This document shows positions 45,321-49,521 of a DNA stretch of 49,521 bases, piece after piece. Under the pieces are notes generated by a model, which ran no database searches, was not told the origin of the DNA, and was given only the letters and a program-made list of their open reading frames with translations. A program made the translations under genes and the position numbers. Origin of the DNA: Alphaproteobacteria bacterium (lineage in GTDB: Bacteria > Pseudomonadota > Alphaproteobacteria > CAAHEQ01 > UBA3637); contig JAFTHM010000055.1 of the NCBI GenBank assembly GCA_017457425.1, positions 1-49,521 on the forward strand, given 5' to 3'. Numbering within the stretch: position 1 is the stretch's first letter; each line of letters starts with the position of its first letter.

Positions 45321-46139
45321 TTATTTAATCGGCAAATTGGGTTCTACAATTTCAACCGGCGCCGACCTATTTTGTTGTCCTACAGGCAGAGCTGTGGGTT
45401 GTGCACCAGGTTGAATCGTTCCACCTGCCCCAGCCGGAATAACACCGGCCGCCTGTAAAACTTCAGCCGGAACACCTACAGAACCATCAGGTTGCTTACT
45501 GATAATCATTTGCGGAGCTGGTTGAACAGCGGGCATTCCTTGCATATTATTTGGTCTAACCGCCTGCGGTTGAACAGGGGCCGTTCCCACATTATTTGGC
45601 TGAGCTGTTGCTTTTGGTTGAATATTAAATAATAACGCATTTTTAATATTATCGCTGATAGCCGTATTTTGTAATACTGGATTTTTATCCAAATACCACA
45701 ATACATTTTCCCCATTACTATCCACAGCCGTCATATCGGCACCGGCAGAAATAATCAAATTCAAAATATCTTGACGTGGTGAATAATAAGCCGCAAACAT
45801 TAATAACGGCACTTTATTGGGGGCACCAGCGATTGAAAATCCTTCCAATGACACGTCTTCCTTAACCGACACACCATTTTCCAACAACAATTTAACGACT
45901 TCCGGATTACCACGGCGAATAGCCAATTGCAAAATTGTTCCACCACATTTAACCGGCGCGTTCAAATCCACTCGTCCGCCCAAAATCGGTTCTAAATCCT
46001 TGCCGCTACGCGCATTACGAATTAAATCTTGTAACGGCGAATAAGAACATATGCCAGAATTACCTCGGCTTGGAGCCGCCCACCCCGTTGTCGCTGTCAA
46101 GCACACGGCTATAGCCGTCATCAATAAAATCTTTTTCAT
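45321..46139 (-). CDS. Secreted ankyrin-repeat protein with a Pro/Gln/Ala-rich C-terminal region
   Basis: Signal-like MKKILLMTAIAVCLTATTGWA. ANK-like repeats (GGTILQLAIRRGNPEVVKLLLENGVSV; PLLMFAAYYSPRQDILNLIISAGADMTAVDSNGENVLWYL). Low-complexity P/Q/A tail. Confidence 0.7.
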   Translation of the reverse strand: MKKILLMTAIAVCLTATTGWAAPSRGNSGICSYSPLQDLIRNARSGKDLEPILGGRVDLNAPVKCGGTILQLAIRRGNPEVVKLLLENGVSVKEDVSLEGFSIAGAPNKVPLLMFAAYYSPRQDILNLIISAGADMTAVDSNGENVLWYLDKNPVLQNTAISDNIKNALLFNIQPKATAQPNNVGTAPVQPQAVRPNNMQGMPAVQPAPQMIISKQPDGSVGVPAEVLQAAGVIPAGAGGTIQPGAQPTALPVGQQNRSAPVEIVEPNLPIK

Positions 46140-46765
46140 TATTTTTCCTCCTTATATGGGTTTACAAAATTAAACATACTATCCTTGATGGGTTTGTTGG
46201 CCGTAATATCATACAAAGACACCGTCGATTTCACGCCTTGCATATCCACCACATCCCATTGTTTTAACTCCAGTGTATCCTTATCAATCACCAATGTCAA
46301 GGTACCAAGTTCTTCGGCATCTTTTTTATGAGCCGATACAAAATATTCATCTAAGACATCTTGCACGTCAGATACCACAAAATCAGGGTCAGTAAAGGAT
46401 AATTTATCTTTTAAAATTAAAGCTACCGGTGTTTGAGCCAAATCAAAGAAACTGACTTCCTCCAAATCCTTATCATGGTAAATAAAATATCCGTCCGTGG
46501 CATAAAATTCCAAAGGTGAGCCCTTTTCATAAACCAATCTCATTTTACCAGGTTTGGACAAATACAAATCCCCTGTTTGTAAATCATCTTTGACCTTGGA
46601 ATTAAACTGAGCAAATTTCGCCTTAATTGTTCTCATGCTGTTATAAGCCTTTTCAACCTTAGTCAAAATGGCTCGGTTTTCCGGTGTATCAACCGATTTA
46701 TGAATATCAGCCATCGCAACAGATGGGATTAATAAAGCCACCGCCCCCCATATGATTTGTTTCAT
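46139..46765 (-). CDS. lolA: Outer-membrane lipoprotein carrier protein LolA
   Basis: Signal peptide and FAQFNSK...GDLYLSKPGKMRLVY pattern. Lies in the ftsK-lolA neighbourhood. Confidence 0.75.
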   Translation of the reverse strand: MKQIIWGAVALLIPSVAMADIHKSVDTPENRAILTKVEKAYNSMRTIKAKFAQFNSKVKDDLQTGDLYLSKPGKMRLVYEKGSPLEFYATDGYFIYHDKDLEEVSFFDLAQTPVALILKDKLSFTDPDFVVSDVQDVLDEYFVSAHKKDAEELGTLTLVIDKDTLELKQWDVVDMQGVKSTVSLYDITANKPIKDSMFNFVNPYKEEK

Positions 46766-47241
46766 TTTAATTCCTTTCGCATAGAGTATATATAGTTTTT
46801 CATACCCATTTTTTCATAACATTTAATGGCATTCGGATTATGAATGGATACCGTTAATCGCATTTCAAAAATCCCTTGGCTTTTTAAATAATTTTCCACC
46901 TGAGCCATTAACTTGGTTCCGATTCCCATATGGCGATAATTTTCATCCACCGCCAGACAATCTATCCGTCCGTCTGTGTCAGCCACATTTCCCCATTGAC
47001 GACGATTGGAACGCATTTGTAATGTTAAAAATCCAACGATTTTTTTATTTGTTTCGGCAACAAAAATTTTCCAATTATCTTTTGTCAGCTGATCTTGAAC
47101 ACTTTGTTCAAAGGCGCTCATATCGGCATCCGTATAAACTTCCGGATCAATGGCGGCATGATAATCCACAGTTTGAGCAAAAATCGGCATAATAGCGGAT
47201 ACGTCTTCCAAAGTTGCCAATCTGATTTTAATATCATTCAT
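46762..47241 (-). CDS. GNAT-family N-acetyltransferase
   Basis: Motif A LAVDENYRHMGIGTKLM and NPNAIKCYEKMGM. The ATG at 47241 follows GAGGTG. ATGA overlap with the lolA start. Confidence 0.75.
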   Translation of the reverse strand: MNDIKIRLATLEDVSAIMPIFAQTVDYHAAIDPEVYTDADMSAFEQSVQDQLTKDNWKIFVAETNKKIVGFLTLQMRSNRRQWGNVADTDGRIDCLAVDENYRHMGIGTKLMAQVENYLKSQGIFEMRLTVSIHNPNAIKCYEKMGMKNYIYSMRKELK

Positions 47242-47249
47242 ATAACACC

Positions 47250-49487
47250 TCACGCATTATCAGTTGGCACTAAAATATCCCGTTTGCCGGCAATATTCGG
47301 CTTAGATAAAACCCCTTCTCGTTCCATACGCTCAATTAAATCGGCTGCCTTATTATAACCCACTCTGAGCTGACGCTGAACATAACTGATAGACGGTTTT
47401 TTATCGCGTAACACAACGGCAACGGCTTGGTCATACAAATCTCCATCGCCACCACCGGATGAACCACCCATTACACCACCAGCACCACCACCCATAGCAC
47501 CGTCGGGTTCTTCGGCAACGACAGCATCCACATAAATCGGTTCGCCTTGTTCACGTAAATGCTTAACCACCTTGGCCACATCATCATCACTGACAAACGG
47601 CCCATGCAAACGAATGGGCTTACTGCCCGCCGGACGATACAGCATATCCCCTCGGCCAAGGAGTTGTTCTGCCCCTTGTTCATCCAAAATCGTACGACTA
47701 TCAATTTTATTGGTTACTTGGAATGAAATACGAGTCGGGAAGTTCGCTTTAATCAAACCGGTAATCACATCAACACTTGGGCGTTGGGTTGCTAAAATGA
47801 GGTGAATACCAACGGCACGTGCCATTTGAGCTAATCTCAAAATAGCCGGTTCAGCCTCTTTACCACATTGCCCCATCAAATCGGACATTTCATCTACAAT
47901 CATGACAATGTATGGAATTGGCGTTAAATCAAAATCTTGTTCTTCAATAATCGGTTTACCGGTTTCAGGATCAAAACCCGTTTGCACCCGTCTGGTTAAG
48001 CGTTGGCCATCTTTGGCAGCTTGCAACAACTTTTGATTAAATCCTTCAATATTGCGCACGCCAAGTTGGCTCATAGCACGGTATCTGTCTTCCATTTCAC
48101 GCACCGCCCATTTGAGTGCTACAACAGCCTTTGCTGGACTTGTCACAACCGGTGTTAACAAATGTGGAATCCCATCATAAATGGATAATTCCACCATTTT
48201 GGGGTCCACCAAAATTAAGCGACATTCGGCCGGTGTAAAACGATACAACAACGATAAAATCATGGTGTTAATCGCAACGGATTTACCCGAACAGGTCGTA
48301 CCTGCCACTAACAAGTGAGGCATTTTTGCCAAATCTGCATAAGTCGGTACACCGCCAATATTTTTACCTAAAATCAAAGGTAAAGCCCCTGTATTTCCAC
48401 CAAATTTAACACTTTCCACCAATTCCCGAATATAGACGGTATCTCGTTTCGCATTTGGCATTTCAATCCCAATGGTATTTGACCCCGGTACAACGGCAAT
48501 ACGTACGGATAAGGCCCGCATTTCACGCGCAATATCTTCGGACAGAGCAATCACACGAGAAGTTTTAATCCCACTGGCCGGTTCAAATTCATACAACGTT
48601 ACAACAGGCCCTGGGTTAGCCCCCACGATTTTACCACTCACCCCGAATTGAGCCAAAACAGCCTCTAAATCCTCGGACACCTTACGCATTGTATCTGCGG
48701 TAATGGTTGCCCCAATGGTTTTCGCCGGCTCTAACAATCCGGATGACGGCAACACAAAATCACATTTTGAATTTTTAAGCGATTTAGCCTTGCCTTTTAT
48801 TTCTTTTGGATTTTCTTTCGGCGCTTTTTCTTTTACCTCTTTGACTGTTTTCTCCGTCATTTTTGATACCGTTTTTAACGGTTTTTCAATCATACTGGGC
48901 AACGAAACAGACGGCATTTTGATTTTAACCGACGGCATTTTTACATCCGGCACCGGCAATGCACGAACTTTGGACACGATACACCCAATTATCCATTTAC
49001 ACAGACGATACGCCGGAAATTTCAATGTAAAAATAACCAACACCCCAAACATTATCCACAATGGTACCCGAAAATACCAGTCGGACAGCTTACTCCACTG
49101 AGATAAGTAAAAACCTAAAAAACCACCTGTACCGGCAATTGTTTTTGAAGTCGGTTCCCAGCCGCCTGTCGCAATCAACCAACACCCCACCATAACAGCT
49201 GGCAACAAGGCCAAAGCCCGCCATTTAAAATGACCGGTTAATTTGAACATCAGCATAACACCCCAAGCAATTGGAGCGCACACCACAAGCCAACATATTT
49301 TACCAAACCCTTGCCATAAAATGTCGGCAACAACGGCACCATACGCCCCCATCAAATTGCGAATAGCCGTATCGCTGACTGTATTTAACGATTCATCAGC
49401 CGGATGATAGCCTAAACAAGCTAACAGCCCAAAAATACCGCCCAAAAACAGTGCAATTGCCCATAAAAAATAAATAAACTGACGCAT
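47250..49487 (-). CDS. ftsK: DNA translocase FtsK
   Basis: N-terminal TM domain, linker, motor domain (VAGTTCSGKSV Walker A, MIVDE Walker B) and a C-terminal gamma wHTH (SISYVQRQLRVGYNKAADLIERME). Confidence 0.95.
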   Translation of the reverse strand: MRQFIYFLWAIALFLGGIFGLLACLGYHPADESLNTVSDTAIRNLMGAYGAVVADILWQGFGKICWLVVCAPIAWGVMLMFKLTGHFKWRALALLPAVMVGCWLIATGGWEPTSKTIAGTGGFLGFYLSQWSKLSDWYFRVPLWIMFGVLVIFTLKFPAYRLCKWIIGCIVSKVRALPVPDVKMPSVKIKMPSVSLPSMIEKPLKTVSKMTEKTVKEVKEKAPKENPKEIKGKAKSLKNSKCDFVLPSSGLLEPAKTIGATITADTMRKVSEDLEAVLAQFGVSGKIVGANPGPVVTLYEFEPASGIKTSRVIALSEDIAREMRALSVRIAVVPGSNTIGIEMPNAKRDTVYIRELVESVKFGGNTGALPLILGKNIGGVPTYADLAKMPHLLVAGTTCSGKSVAINTMILSLLYRFTPAECRLILVDPKMVELSIYDGIPHLLTPVVTSPAKAVVALKWAVREMEDRYRAMSQLGVRNIEGFNQKLLQAAKDGQRLTRRVQTGFDPETGKPIIEEQDFDLTPIPYIVMIVDEMSDLMGQCGKEAEPAILRLAQMARAVGIHLILATQRPSVDVITGLIKANFPTRISFQVTNKIDSRTILDEQGAEQLLGRGDMLYRPAGSKPIRLHGPFVSDDDVAKVVKHLREQGEPIYVDAVVAEEPDGAMGGGAGGVMGGSSGGGDGDLYDQAVAVVLRDKKPSISYVQRQLRVGYNKAADLIERMEREGVLSKPNIAGKRDILVPTDNA

Positions 49488-49521
49488 ATGATACCTCTTT
49501 TTTAGGTATCATAAAACGAAA

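Noticed and set aside
1-49521. CRISPR arrays, rRNA/tRNA genes, IS elements and long inverted or direct repeats.
   Set aside because: Scanning by eye found no regularly spaced direct repeats, no transposase-like ORF and no rRNA/tRNA signatures. The only repeats noted are short coding repeats and the paralogous gene pair at 20441..22185. A computational repeat and tRNA scan would be needed to be certain.

Overview
AT-rich 49.5-kb chromosomal window. Gene content and order look alphaproteobacterial: a GAAC-N7-GAAC LexA box sits upstream of lexA, and the blocks lptG/lptD-surA-folD, rimP-nusA-ylxR-infB-rbfA...truB-rpsO-pnp, waaA-lpxK-lpxL-rlmE-...-rsmB and ftsK-GNAT-lolA are all present. About 85 percent of the coding sequence is on the minus strand. 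I found no rRNA, tRNA, CRISPR array, transposase or phage integrase.

The non-housekeeping content is:
1. Positions 1..5993: a tightly packed minus-strand operon of six proteins with signal-peptide-like N-termini. It is led by a secreted GH24 (T4-lysozyme-type) muramidase, followed by divergent helical proteins that share a C-terminal module. The operon runs off the left edge of the window. This is my best candidate for an undescribed envelope or surface system.
2. Positions 18883..22245: an accessory block next to neuB/neuC. It holds two paralogous single-TM repeat proteins, a protein with a bilobed hydrophobic hairpin, and a protein with a transglutaminase/papain-like Cys-His-Asp signature. 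A perfect consensus sigma-70 promoter drives the three-gene part.
3. An apparent in-frame lptG-lptD fusion.
4. Two small secreted proteins, one pilin-like and one C-type-lectin-like. Each lies behind a roughly 200-nt structured leader that ends in an intrinsic terminator; the lectin leader has a clear 1-2-3-4 attenuator arrangement.
5. Two accessory genes inserted between rbfA and truB.
6. A secreted ankyrin-repeat protein and a pseudo-receiver OmpR-type regulator.

All functional calls come from motif recognition by eye. No database search was run.
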